From contig JAXLNO010000700.1 in assembly GCA_038087875.1 (NCBI GenBank), forward strand, positions 62,001 through 126,000: a DNA stretch of 64,000 nucleotides, given 5' to 3'. Shown piece after piece: positions 1 through 12,788 of the stretch. Both the position numbers and the translations under genes were made by a program. Under the pieces are notes generated by a model. The model was given only the letters and a program-made list of their open reading frames with translations, was not told where the DNA came from and ran no database searches. Positions within the stretch are counted from its first letter, which is position 1, and each line of letters starts with the position of its first letter. This DNA comes from Malacoraja senta. Its lineage: Eukaryota.

Positions 1-1045
1 TTCATAGAGCTGGCCAAACTGAGCAATCGGGGGAGAAGGGCCTTGGTTAGGCAGGTGACCAAAGAACCTGATGGTCACATTGACAGAGCTCCAGAGTTCC
101 TCTGTGGAGTTGGAAGAACCTTCCAGAAGGACAAATATATCTGCAGGACTCCACCAATCAGGCCTTTAAGGTACAGTGGCCAGATGGAAGCCACTCCTCA
201 GTAAAATGCCAATGACAGCCCACTTGGAGTTTGCCAAAAGGCACCTAAACAAGATTCTCTAGTCTGATGAAACCAAGATTGAACTCTTTGGCCTGAATGC
301 CAAGCACCACGTCTGGAGGAAACCAGGCACCGCTCATCATCTGGCCAATACCATACCTATGGTGAAGCATGCTGGTGGCAGCATCATGCTGTGAGGATGT
401 TTTTCAGCGGCAGGAACTGGGAGACTAGTCAGGATCAAGGGAAAGATGAACAGAGCAAAGTACAGACAGATCCTTGATGAAAATCTGCTCCAGATCATCC
501 AGGATCTCAGGCTGGGGCGGACGTTCACCATCCAACAGGACAACAACCCTAAGCACACAGCCAAGACATCGCAGGAGTGGCCTTGTGACAAGTCCGTGAC
601 TGTCCTTGAGTGGCCCAGCCAGAGCCCAGACTTGAACCCGATCGAACATCTCTGGAGGGACCTGATAATAGCTGTGCATCAACGCTCCCCATCCAACCTG
701 ACAGCGCTTGAGGATCTGCAGAGAATGGGAGAAATTACCTAAATACAGGTGTGCCAAGCTTGTAGCGTCATACCCAAGAAGACTTGAGGCTGTAATCACT
801 GCCAAAGGTGCCTCAACAAAGTATTCAGTAAAAGGGTCTGAATACTTATGCAAATGTGATATTTTTTATTTCTTTTTAATTACTTTGCAAAAATTTCTAA
901 ACACCTGTTTTCACTTTTTTATTATGGGGTATTGTGTGTAGATTGATGATAAAAAATAAATGAATTTAATCAATTTTAGAATAAGGCTGTAACGTAACAA
1001 AATCTGGAAAAAGTGAAGAGGTCTGAATACTTTCTGAATGCACTG
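1..1045 (+). mobile_element. Tc1-family DNA transposon, right part: degraded DD34E transposase plus right terminal inverted repeat
   Basis: Transposase motifs (W>stop)SDETKIELFG, QQDNNPKH and SPDLNPIEHLW, with stops and frameshifts. The element ends ...GAATGCACTG|TA (CAGTG terminus plus TA target). GGTCTGAATACTT occurs at ~835 and ~1020, as in IR/DR-type TIRs. Confidence 0.9.
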
Positions 1046-1104
1046 TATGTTACCTTACAATTGTTATAGAAGATAAGATTAAGACAGGATTATTCTACCC
1101 TTGT

Positions 1105-1420
1105 AGAAACAAGGAACTGCACATGCTGGTTTACAAAAAAAAGACAAAAGAGCCAGAGTAACTCAGCAGGTTAGGCAGCATCTCTGGAGAACACGGATAG
1201 GTGATGCTTTGGGTCAGGACTCTTCTTCAGACACAAAATCTTGCTTCTTAAAGTTTGCCCATGTTCCAAATATTGAATATGGTATATGCGGTAATGAATA
1301 CCATTGAGGAGGGAACTCGTTACGTTCTGAAGAAGGGTCCCGACCTGAAACATCGCCTGTCCATTTCCACCCCAGATGCTGCCTGACCCATTGAGTTCCT
1401 TGCACGTTTTGTGTTTTGCC
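1105..1420. mobile_element. Inverted pair of short Penelope terminal-repeat (pLTR)-derived elements
   Basis: 1105-1232 (minus) and 1326-1420 (plus) both match the 3' end of the Penelope element at ~57150-57250. Confidence 0.75.
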
Positions 1421-2843
1421 TTTAGTTTAAACCTCCCAGGTATTGCACCTGCAAAGCAGCCAACACCAACTTTACACTGTTCATGTAGTTTTTCATGTAG
1501 CTGTTCTTAAGAACAAAGTTTGAATAAGATGCCCAAGCTGATATTATATCCGGAAAAACACAAAGCATATCTGGAAGATATGGATTTTGGGTTTTGACCC
1601 TTTGTCAGACACCTGGTATTTCTCTTTACAAAACATGCTTTGACTCCTCTGTTTCGACACTGATAAATAGGGGCTATGTGGCAGCCTTTGAATGTAAGAT
1701 ATGATTAATTTTTTTTAAATGGACAAAAAAAGCAACAACAAAAACAAGATGATCATTGTTCAAACAGGGTTTGTGTTGTCACACAATTTAGGGTGTGGTA
1801 AATTAGAAAGATACTGTTTCAAACCACAGGAGGAATTAATCATATCTTACAATGGCACATCTAAAATTGCACTCAACCATGAAGAAATGTGATGATAAAG
1901 AAGGGTGGTGTCTGAGACTGAGTTCTGTAACACAAAGGCTCCTTAAGCGGCATACAAATCCATATATAAGTTCGGGCAATTTTAGATCATCATAATTCCA
2001 TTTACCTATTTTGTTTTGTGGCCATCCAGGGAAATCAGTCTCCCAATCATCTTCCACGTGCACTTTCAAGTGTCAACTGTTTATTTAGTATTTGGCTGAA
2101 CATTTCTGCTCCACCACAACCTCATCTCCAGCCACAAAGCATTAATCCCATTAAAACAATTTTCTTTGATTCTGGTCTCTCACTGGTACATTATTGACTT
2201 CCACTCACTTACTGCCAAGGGAACCAGACATGACTTGCACTCAACCATTTTTGCTAATCAATACCAGTTCTGGCTGGGTCACCCACAGCACAATTGGAAT
2301 CTGCTCTCACAGCTGGAATGCTTTCAATTCCGAGACCATTCTGGATGTCCCCAGGTTATTTTATATACTGCAAGTTGTGTTCCTAAACCGCTTTCCCATT
2401 TTCTCTACTGTCACCTCTAACATATAGGAGAAACTCCAGCCAGAGGTTCCATCCCTTTGTCCAGTCAGAACAGGCTCCCACCGAGACCTGAATCTACATT
2501 TCCTTCAGTTTCCCTCATGTCCTCTTCATGTTAATCTAGTGCTGGAGACCTACATTTGCACTTTCCACATCTTCCTGACCTCTGCATTAGATGCAATCTT
2601 TTTTGATTCTCTCTGCTGACATCCATCAATTGCTTTTTGACTGCCCTTCATCGTGCTTCAACCAAAAAAAACCTGGATGCTCCATTATTGCAAACTACCT
2701 CCTCACTGCAGTCTTCCTTCCTCTGCAATGTCCTTGAATAGGTGTAACTTAGCAAACATGTGCCGATGAGTGAGTGGTTTGCTTGAATTGTCTGAGTTCG
2801 TTTTATGGTCCTCCTGAGTATAGAAACAAGTTTTATAAATTAA

Positions 2844-3986
2844 CTAGACCAAGTGCAGACCCGTTAGGTCTGCTCCCCCAATGCAAGATTCCACCACTCA
2901 CCCGTTCCCCAACGCAAGCCGTTCCCCCATCGCAATATTGCACCACTCATGCATAGCCCCTAACTGCGCAGGCGCAGCTCATCTCATCCCCAGTACTCCC
3001 TCCTCCTCCTCCTCTTCAGAGAGGGAGGGGTAGAGAGGGAGGAGGGGTAGAGAGGGAGGTGGGGCAGAGAGGGAGGGGGATTAGGGGGAGGAGGGGGTAG
3101 AGAGGGAGAGGGAGGGGGTAGAGAGGGAGGGGGAGGGATAGAGAGGGAGGGGAGTAGAGGGGGAGGGGGGCCTAGAGAGGGAGGGGCAGAGAGGGAGGGG
3201 GTGGAGCAAGATGGAGTGGGTAGAGGGAGAGGGAAGGGAGGGTAGAGAGGGAGAGGGTGAGGGAAGGGGGTAGAGAGGGTGGGAGTGAGGGTAGATACGG
3301 TGGGGGCATCTCCCTCCTCCACCCCTCCCCATCTCCCTCCTCATTTCCCTCATTCTCCTCCCCTCACTCCAATTCGCTGCCTCAGGACCTACCCAGGTCA
3401 TAGAGCAGCACTAGGACCTGGAACTCGGCCTGGTTCTCGTATTTGGCCTTGCCCTGGCTGTAGACTCCAACCGTCAGCTTGGCCACCACCTGGGCTCCAG
3501 TGCAGGCCCCGACTTCAGCTCCGGGCTCGTCCCTGACCCCAGATCCAGGCTTGTCCTTGGTTCCAACGGCGGCATCTTACTCGGCCCTCACTCCAGCTCC
3601 AGGCTCGGCTCCAGCCAGGGCCCGCGGCACCACCTTCCCCACCAGGTACTGCTGTCGGCAGCTGGCAGGCGCCGCCACTCCTCGTTCACCGCATACGCTG
3701 GAGTGCCCCTCCCTCCTGGAGTGTCCCGTCCTGCCTTGTAAGTGCATTTTTTTTAAACGAAATGGATGAGTTTTTGGGGCTCTTTTTAAAATTTAAAGGA
3801 TTAATAACTTTGGAAATATAGGTGGGAATGCGACGGGAAGATGTTTATTGCCATGACCCGAAAAATGTGAGTAGGATATGTGAAAATGGGAAGGCTGTGG
3901 CCTAGCGTTTGGAAGAAGATATGAAAAGCAGATTGACACATCGTGGGCGGCACAAAGACAGACATTTAGTTATATAGAGATAGAGA
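2844..3986 (-). mobile_element. Non-autonomous Helitron-like element with internal GA-rich low-complexity tract
   Basis: On the minus strand the 5' end reads A|TCTCTATCTCTATATAAC and the 3' end CTAG|T. A GCAGACC/GGTCTGC hairpin (2855-2873) lies 7 nt from CTAG. No TSD. Polypurine tract at ~3017-3305. Confidence 0.65.
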
Positions 3987-4254
3987 TTAGCTCTTCCATG
4001 ATGAACACCATGTCCCCTTGTCCTGTCTGCAGTCCCTGACTCACCTCATATCATCCTTTTCTGTTGATTCCCCGTCAACACCCAGATGGTGAGACTATAG
4101 TTGCCCTGTTCCACTTGAATAGCCTGAGAATAATGCACAATAGTTTCTCTTACTGTCAACGTGACATCACAACTATCTTTGGTCACCTCCAATTTCTCAG
4201 TTACATGGTACTCTTCATCAAAACTAAAAATACCCAGTAGTGTACATTTCCATG

Positions 4255-4910
4255 TGTACGTGTTGATTCCGGATCTAATACTCTCTCCCTAGTCTGGTTC
4301 AGTAAACCACTGAGTTGACCACTGGAGTCCAAACCCTTCTTTATTTGTATACAACACCCTGGGGCCGGCCTCGGATCCACTCACTCAAGCCCTCAGCAGC
4401 CTCGCGTGAACAGAACAGAAGGAAAGTCAACCGACCCGCCACAACGAAACGACCACCCTTTTATACCCCTATACAGTGGAAAGTACAGGGGGAGGCAACC
4501 CCTACAAACCAATCACGGCACCTATTCAATACACAGAAACAAAGTAGAAACATAGTCAGTGAAGCAACCGCTCTGGACCAATCACAGATACCGGCGGGAA
4601 GATACAAAAACAAAGTAGAAACATCTTCAGGACATAGAGAAACATACAGTGGGAATCAACCCCTCTGGTTCAATCACGATAGAAACATCTTCAGGAGTCC
4701 AGACTTGGTGGCAACAGGTGGGTCACGTGAATGGGAGGCAACCCCCTCTGCCCAATCACAGAAACAGCAATAGAAACAAAGTAGAAACATCTTCAGGAGC
4801 CCAGTAATAGGTGGGTTACATAGGCAGAAGCTTCCTGAAACTTCTTCAGAGGTCCAGACTTAGTGGTGACAGCTGGGTCACGTGGGTCTCCTGCAACTTG
4901 CAATGTATTG
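4255..4910 (-). mobile_element. Probable solo LTR
   Basis: On the minus strand, repeated CCAAT-box/AAACAAAGTAGAAACA blocks precede TATAAAA (~4459-4465) and then AATAAA (~4340-4345), i.e. U3-R-U5 order. No convincing TSD found. Confidence 0.45.
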
Positions 4911-4989
4911 TCACCATCAGTGAAGCCCAGTCTTTCACAGACACCTGCCATTTCCCAAAGTACTCAAATCCCTGCATATTCCCATAATT

Positions 4990-5720
4990 GAATTGAATTG
5001 AATGCTGTTTATTGTCATTCAAGCCTAGGCTTGAACGAAATTTCATTCCTACAGTTTTGTTTTACATTACAAAAAAACACAAGACCCACACTTAACACAG
5101 TTTACATAAACATCCATCACAGTGAGTCTCCAACACCTCCTCACTGTGATGGAAGGCAAAGTCTTATCTCTTCCCTTTACTCTTCACCCGCGGTCCAGCA
5201 GTCCAACTGCAGCGTCTAGGCGAACTGGGGCTCCGGTGTTAAAGCCCCCGGCGGGCGATGGTAAGTCCCGTGGCCATTCAGCCACGCCGGGCGATGCTAG
5301 GGCCCGGCTCCGCGCCCTTCAAACCCCGCGGTTCAAGCAGTCCAACCCGCAGTCCAACTGCAGTGTCTAGGCGAACTGGGGCACCGATGTTAGAGCCCCC
5401 GTCGGGCGACGGTAAGTCCCGTCCGTGTCCTTTGAATCCCGCGATTCCAGCTGGAGAAGTTGCCGTTGCGGGAGCTCCGAAAAGCCGTCTCCCACCAGGG
5501 ACCTGGAGCTCCCAATGTTCCTGTCCACCGGGCCCGCAGCCGGAGCCTCCGATACTCCAAAATCGGGTCTCAGCGGCGCGCCACCACAGCTCTCCCCGCT
5601 CCGAAGCCGGCCAGCTCCACGATGTCAGGTCCCAGGCTCCGCGAATGGAGCCCTCAGGTTGGTCCCGGCCGGAGGCCCGCCGCCGGCTCCACAATGTTAG
5701 GCACAACAATATATAATAAG
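4990..5720 (-). mobile_element. Non-autonomous retroposon with GC-rich, internally repeated body and microsatellite tail
   Basis: Shares the ACATAAACATCCACCACAG...CACTGTGATGGAAGGCAA block with 10120-10950 and 57450-57630. (GAATT)n tail. Internal ~140-bp duplication (~5190-5430). Confidence 0.6.
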
Positions 5721-6125
5721 TGGTGATTCTAGCTCTACCTCCCAATAAACTCTCTTCATTCCTCAACTATCCTTTATTTGTCTGATTACTTGTTTTGGCA
5801 TCTAGCACAAGATAGGCAGAATTTTCTTCCAAATTTCCCATGAATTTTTGTTGGGTTTCAGAACAAACTCCCAAACCACCATAATCTCCCTCTCTCTAGC
5901 ATCTGCTGAAACTGAGTCAGGCTATTGCAATCAGATATCATAGAAGATTAACAAGATAAATGTTGGCCCAAAAAATGAAGACAAATGGGTTTGAACTAAT
6001 AGCAGGAATATTTCAGAGAAATATTTACATTGTAAGTAAGTTGGAATCAAACATTTCAGGGGACCCGATGCATAGAAGACTGGCAAAAGTGAAAAAAGTG
6101 GGATGGGTCTAATATTAAGTGATTA

Positions 6126-7700
6126 CTAGACCGTGCAGACCTGTTGGATCTGTTTCCCCAACGCGCGTTTGCGGGGGGGGGGGGGGGGGTTGCTGCGGCT
6201 TCACACGCACACTAACCACCCCCCACACACACAGGGGGGGAGGGGGGGGTGAGAGAGGGGGGAGGAGGTGGAGGAGACAGGGAGAGAGCGAAGGAGAGGG
6301 GGAGGTGGAGAGGGGGTGGAGATGGGGAGAGATTGGGGATGGGGAGGAGAGCGGTGAGTGTGGGAAGGGGAGAGAAAGAGAGAGGAGGGGCGAGAAAGAG
6401 AGAGAGGAGGGGAGAGAGAGACAGGGAGAGAGGAGGGGAGAGAGAGGGAGAGAGGAAGAGAGAGGAGGGCAGAGAGAGAGGAGGGGGGAGAGAGAGAGAG
6501 GGGAGAGAGAGAGAGAGGGGGAGGGGAAGGGGGAGAGTGGGGACGGGGAGGGAGAGGGGATGGGGAGGAGAACGGGGAGCTGGAAGGACGGAGGGAGGAG
6601 ATGGGGAGAGGGGTGAGGAGATGGGTAGGAGAGGGGTGTGGATAGAGGGGTGTGGAGAGGGGGGTGATGAGAGAGGGGTGGAGAGAGGGGTGAGGAGAGA
6701 GGGGGGAGAGATTGGGGAGGGGGAGGAGGGAACGGAGGGAGCGGGGGATGGGGAGGTGGGGGAGGGGATGTGAGAGTGGTGGGGGAGGTGTGGAGAGGGG
6801 ATTGGGAAGGGGGAGAGAGGGGTAGGGGAAGGGAGGGGGGAGAGGGGTGGGTGAGGGGGAGAGTGGGGAGGGAGGGGGAGAATGGTAGGTGAGGGGTGGA
6901 AGGCGAGGGGAAGAGAGGGGGAGGAGATGGGGCGAGGAGAGGGGGAGATGGAGAGGGGTGATGAGAGAGGGGAGATGAGAGAGGGGTGGGGAGAGGGGTG
7001 AGGAGAGAGGCGTGAGGGGAATGGGGAGAGTGGGAGGAGAGGGGCGAGGGGAGAGAGGGGGGAGAGAGGAGAGGGGTGAGAGGATAGGGTTGAGCAGAGA
7101 GGGGTGAGGGGAGAGGGGTGAGCAGAGAGGGGCGAGGGGAGAGGGGCGAGGGGTGAGCAGAGAGGGGTGAGGGGAAGGGGGAGGAGAGAGGGGTGAGGAG
7201 AGAGGGGGAGAGAGGAGTGAGGAGAGAGGGGTGAGGGGAATAGGGAGAGAGGGGGAGGAGAGCGGGGCGAGGAGAGAGGGGTGAGGAGAGAAGGGTGAGG
7301 AGAGGGTGAGGAGAGAGGGGTGAGAGGTTAGGGGAGAGGGGAGGAGGAGAGAGGGGTGAGGGGAATAGGGAATGGAGAGGGGAGGAGAGAGGGGTGAGAG
7401 AGGGGAAGTGAGGAGGAGTGAGGAGAGAGGAATGAGGACAGGGGGTGGGGGAAGGGGAGAGAGGTGTGGGGGAGGGAGGGGAGGAGATGGGGTAGAGGAG
7501 AGAGGGGGAAGAGTGTGGAGGGAGGGGGTGAGGGGTGGGGGAGGGTGGTGGAAGAGTGGGGAGGGAGAGGTGGAGGGGTAGGGGCAGTCCATCTATTCCC
7601 CACCCTATCACCCCCACTCCTCTCCCTCTATTCCCACACTCGTGATCACGTGCTTCGACAGGCTGCGGGGGGAGGAGCTGCGGCTGGAGCAAAGGAAGAT
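6126..7700 (-). mobile_element. Second Helitron-like element with ~1.4-kb polypurine array
   Basis: Same 3' terminus as the 2844 element (A|CTAGACC..GTGCAGACC hairpin). The 5' end is not defined. Confidence 0.5.
6233..7590. repeat. G/A-rich low-complexity minisatellite array (GAGGAGAGAGGGGT-like units)
   Basis: The plus strand is almost purely G/A, with a recurring ~14-bp unit from ~6950 to ~7400. Confidence 0.9.
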
Positions 7701-8159
7701 GTAATTTTTTTTTTACGGTCTTTGAAATTAAAAGTTAGTTAAAAATTAGTGATGTTAAGTGAGAAATACAATTCAATGAAAAACAATTAAATCAACAATA
7801 ATAAGCAGTTAAATGAGAAACAATTAAATTCAATGCAATAAAAATAAAATTAACAATGAAATTCAATCAAATGTTAATGAAAACAAATTAATCTTTTAAA
7901 TGAAATGCACTCTTTAAGACATAAATTAAATGGAGACAGGAAGATAAATTGTTTCAAAATGAAGTCTTACTCCAAAACAAGCGGCTGAAAATTAAAAAGA
8001 GCTGTCTATGAAATGAACAGTTAACTATGAGACAAAAACGCAACCGTTTTCAAGTTAAAAGAAAAGAATGAAATCGAAGCAGATTCTTATCGTGAGACAA
8101 ATGGAATTCAGGACTTTGCTCTTCACAAGCAAAGTCAGAATGACGGTTGGTGAAGAATT

Positions 8160-8990
8160 CTTTTTTTAAAAAATATTTTTATTAGAAGTCATACACAGTA
8201 GTATAAACCAAGAATAATATAATACATTTCATGTACACTTCTTGTTTTTAAATTTAACAATAAAAAAGTAGTAGAAGCAAAAAGAGAGAAAAAGATTAGG
8301 TAAGGTGGTGAAAGATAGTTTGTGAAAAAGTACAAGAAAAAGAGAGAAGAGAAAAAAAGAAAAAAAAAGGATAAAAGGGATATACCTGCTTCGTATCTTT
8401 GCGCACCCATCACCCGGTTCTGAAACAGTTAATTTCCAGGGTTATGTTGCACCATATGCTTGTAATAAATCGATAAAGGGAGACCAAATCTTTAAGAATT
8501 GGTCTGATTTGCCTGCTAGGACGAATTTCATATCTTCTAGGTGTAACATTTCAGACATGTTTGAAATTCACATTTTAAGCGTTGGTGTTGGTGCATTTTT
8601 TCAGAATTTTAATATACGTTTTTTTGCTGTTATTAAGCCATAGTTAAGGAAACTATTTTGGAACGAAGTCAGCTCAGAGCCGACCTCCATTGTTCCAAAG
8701 ATAATCAGTTCTGCGTTGGGGTTCAATTTTATTTTAAATACTTTTGTAAAAATTTTGAACATTTCCTTCGAAAACTTCTGAAGTTTTATGCAAAAGACAA
8801 AAGAGTGTGCTATAGTTGCATCTTGAGATGAGCATTTTTTCGCAGATGGGAGACATTTTTGGAAACATTTTATTCAGTTTAGTTTTCGAGTAATATAATC
8901 TATGTAAAATTTTGAATTGAATTAAGGTATGTCTTACATTAATCGAACATTTATGTACATATTGCAAATATTTATCCCATCTGTCTTTCG
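8160..8990 (-). mobile_element. L1-clade LINE 3' fragment (ORF2 C-terminus, 3' UTR, polyA)
   Basis: The translation CSINVRHTLIQFKILHRLYYSKTKLNKMFPKMSPICEK resembles the L1/Tx1 ORF2 C-terminal zinc-knuckle region. The T-run at 8161 is the polyA tail. Confidence 0.75.
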
Positions 8991-9544
8991 AGCAGCCGCA
9001 CTATTGGAAAGAGAATTAATGAAGAAATAAGCACATCAGAAACATGTCAGTCAGAAGCTAAAAGATTGAATTTAAACAAAGTCAATTATGCAAAGGAAGA
9101 GTGAATTAAGGAAAATAGATTGGTACATTAGAGTAAAAGAATTTCTATTGGGATTCTTTGCAATAATTTAAAGAATATTTCAAAATACTTGACAAATGTG
9201 TAATTCCAAAACTGATATTTTTCATTTCAGATCGCCATCCAAAATGTCCTAGTTGCTACAATGTAACACAGCAAGTGGTGGACATTGATATAATTGGAGA
9301 AGATTGGGAGAGTGCTTTTGAGGTTGTGGGCAGAGATTGTAATGGTGCTGATCAAATGTATCTGGTCAAGAACCATGCTAGCAGGAAACATATTTTTGTG
9401 AAATGAGACCAAGAAACTTCCCCAATTGCAACCAGATTTCCTGGAAGGAAGCTGCCAGCATCAATGCAATCTCTAAATTCCTGAAATTGGGACAGCCTTC
9501 AATGCAAGCAAATGCCCTGCCTACTCTTGTGATGAAGTCTAATC

Positions 9545-9760
9545 TTTAATTTAATTTAGATACAGCATGGAAACATGCCCTTCAGCCCACCGAGTTCACA
9601 CTGACCATCAATCATTGGTTCACACCAGTTTTATGTTATCCCACTTTCCCATCCACTCCCTACACATTAGCCAATTAACCTACAAACACGCACGTCTTTG
9701 GGATGTGGGGGAAACTGGAGCACTGAGGAAACCCACGCCATCACAGGGAAAACGTACACT
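9545..9760 (-). mobile_element. tRNA-derived V-SINE/HE1-like SINE, partial
   Basis: Core GCACGTCTTTGGGATGTGGGGGAAACTGGAGCAC is shared with 59600-59860 and 38165-38450. Confidence 0.65.
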
Positions 9761-10119
9761 GTCCTCTTCCTGAGTTAAACGATTTCCCAACTAGGCAATA
9801 GAGCAGCAAACTGTGGGATATGCCGGAGAGCACTATCCAAAGCAACATCTGGAGCTGGGTTTCAGCAGTTTCAGGGAGATGGGATTTGTAAGAACTGGGG
9901 GTTCCATGAGTTAATAAGACTGTGATATTGAAAATCAGGCTACAGCTGAATTTTATGGATGTTAAACTCATTCAGGGGAATTTCACACCAGACACTATGT
10001 GCTAGGTTAAACAACGATCTAGCCAAGAAATGAGGAGACTAAGTTCCTGATGGGCTCCAAGACACTCAGAAAGGCGGCCAAAGTTACACCATTCCAGTTA
10101 ACCTGATTTTCAACTGCAC

Positions 10120-10950
10120 AGTTCAAGTTCAAGTTCACATTTATTGTCACATGCACCAATTGATACGGTGGAATTTGAGATACCATACAGCCATACAAAT
10201 AAAAAGAACACAACACACAATATAACTTAACATAAACATCCACCACAGTGGAATCACCATTTCTCACTGTGATGGAAGGCAATAAAGTTCAGTCAATCTT
10301 CCTTCTTTTGTTCACCCGTGGTCGGGACCTAGAACCCTCCGCAGTCGCCACTACGGATGGCCCGATGTACAGTCCCTCTCGTCGGGATGATCGAAACTCC
10401 AACATCGGGACGGATCGGAACACACTCTGCGGCTTGGTTCCCCAATCGGCCTCTTCTTACCGGAGACCACCGATTCTAAAGTCCACAGGCCCCGCTGGAC
10501 GGAGCTCCAACACTGGCGATCCTCGGCAAAAGGTCCCAGGCTCTACGATGTTAAGGTCAGCCCTGTGCCTGCGGCTAGAAGCTCCACAGACCACAACTGC
10601 ACGATGTTAAAGTCAGCAGGTCCTGCGATCGGAGCTCCAACACTGGCGATCCTCGACAAGGATCCCAGGCTCCGCAATGGTAATTCCGCGCTACGGAAGC
10701 TCTGAGCCGGTCTCCGGTCGGAAAGGCCATGCCAATTCAGTTGGTAGGCCGCAAGGGGGGGCGAAGATGCGACATGGAGAAAGACGCATCTCCGTCCAGG
10801 TAAGTGACTGAAAAACGGTTCCCCCTTATTCCCCCCCCACCAAGGACATACTAAGAAGCATTAAAACATACATTTGAACGCACTAAAAATAACAAAAAAG
10901 GTGAAAGGATTGACGAGCTGCTGGCGAGGCTGCCATTATGGTGGCGCCAC
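10120..10950 (-). mobile_element. Non-autonomous retroposon of the same family as 4990-5720 and 11725-12290
   Basis: On the minus strand, AATAAA precedes a (TTGAAC)n tail. GC-rich internal repeats (GGAGCTCCAACACTGGCGATCCTCG x2). 5' ATGGCAGCCTCGCCA motif. Confidence 0.65.
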
Positions 10951-11099
10951 CCGATGCAGTTTTGTGGAGAATTGTGTGAACCGATTTCTAGCTGGAATAC
11001 TTGAATGAGAAATGCGATCCATTTACCATTAACTAAAGAGATTAACCATGACCTTAGATTAAAAGCCATGGTGAATAATGTTGCTCAGAAGCATGTTAA

Positions 11100-11415
11100 T
11101 AGCCCTGTCCCACGGTGCGGGTTCATTCCAAGAGCTCTCCTGAGTTTAAAAAAAAATCAAACTTGTGTTAAGCACGGAGAATGAACGTAGCGGGTACGTC
11201 AGAGCTCGGGGACGTCTCTTAGCGCTAACGCACTCGGGAAGACTCGCTAACGGCAGGTAAGCACGGGAAGACTCGTGAAGATTTTTCAACATGATGTAAA
11301 ATGTCCACGAGAGCCCCGAGTACTGACGAGTGACCATTACCATAAATCTCAGAATTCGAATCAGGGCAAACTCGGGAGAACTCTTGGAATGAACTCGTAC
11401 TGTGGGACAGGGGTT
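11100..11415. mobile_element. PIF/Harbinger-type MITE
   Basis: ~45-bp TIRs (TAGCCCTGTCCCAC...) flanked by TAA on both sides. Close relative at 50920-51247. Confidence 0.8.
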
Positions 11416-11724
11416 TAAGCCTTGGTATGGGGAGTTTCAGATAATCATGCAACAAATGATTAAGAAACCGATAGGGGAGTAAATACATTATAATCTAATA
11501 TGTATCTATTAGTGCTGAGCTTTCATGGGTAAATTTAACTGTAAAGTAACTTAACCTAGGTTAGATTATGCTGGTAAATATTTCTGGGTCAAATCACAGA
11601 CATCAGATGAAACATTCTTTTGCCTCCACAGATGCTGCCTGACCTGCTGAGTTCTTTTGATTTGATTAGTTTGATTTTTTTTGCTCCAAATGTCATCATC
11701 TGCAGTCTCTTTACCACTGGATGG

Positions 11725-12290
11725 AGTCGTACGATGGCAGCCTCGCCAAACAGTCTGTCTCGTCCTTTTCTTCTTTTGTTATTTAGTCTGTTGTTAAATG
11801 TATGTTTTAGTGTATCTTTAATTTTGTATTGTGTGGGGGAAACTTTTTTTAAATCTTTTTCTTCCACGGAGATACGACTTTTGCCATATCGTATCTCCGC
11901 CTGCACTGCGGCCTAACATCGTGGAGCTGGTGGTCCCTTTGCTAAGGATCGACTTCTGGGAGCTCCAGCTGCGGGAGCCTGCGGACTTAACATTGTGGAG
12001 CTCGCGGTCCCTTGGTTAGGGATCGACTTTGGGAGCTCCAACCGCCCCGATCGCGGAAGCTTCGATCGCCCCGTCTGCAGATGGTTCAACTGCCCCGACC
12101 GCGGGAGGAAAGGAGGGAAGATAATACGTTATTGCCATCCATCACTGTGCGCTGTGGTGGATGTTTATATTAATTTTTATGTAGTTGTGTGTCTTGTTGC
12201 TTTTTTGGTATGACTGTATGTCAAATCAATTTCTTTGTACTGTATGTTTTTACATACTTGGCTAATAAATTCATTACAATTACAAATTTA
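11725..12290 (+). mobile_element. Non-autonomous retroposon, same family
   Basis: ATGGCAGCCTCGCCA head, GATCGCCCC repeats, and AATAAA followed by a (TTACAA)n tail. Confidence 0.65.
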
Positions 12291-12399
12291 AGACAGCAAC
12301 GGTCAACATCTTAAGTTGCACTTGAGGGCCACTGCATAATCTCTCTAATTGCAAGAATCTACATGTATACACCATAGCCCTGTTCCTAACATTGTACAT

Positions 12400-12788
12400 A
12401 TCTTTGTACAAGACATTGCTGAGCCCACATATAGAGACGTATTCAGTTTCGGTCACCCTTTTATAGGAGGAACGTGTTAAGCTGCAAAGAGTGCAGAGAA
12501 GATTTATGAGGATATTGCCATGATTTGAGGGCCTGAGCTAGGACTTTATTCCTTGGAGTGCAGGAGAATGAGGGGTGATCTTATGGACGTGTATGAGATC
12601 ATGAGAGAAATAGATAAGAGTAATGCACAGAATCATATCAAGAGTAGGAGAATCAAGAACCTTGGCACATAGGTTTAAGAAAGAGGAAAGATTTTATAGG
12701 AACCTGAGGGGCAACATTTTCCACAAAGGGCATATGGAACGTGTTGCTAAAGGAATTAGTTGCGGCAGGTACTATAACAACATTTTAT
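12400..12788 (+). mobile_element. Degraded CR1 LINE 3' fragment
   Basis: Degenerate VQRRFxR / RMRGDL / ESRTxxHRFK-type coding remnants. Confidence 0.6.

Noticed and set aside
1836..2760. Short ORFs that might be exons of a downstream gene
   Set aside because: No recognisable protein similarity or consistent splice structure.
6115..7742. Long Pro/Ser/Leu-rich and Gly/Glu/Arg-rich ORFs (also 2984-3401)
   Set aside because: Artefacts of stop-free polypurine low-complexity DNA.
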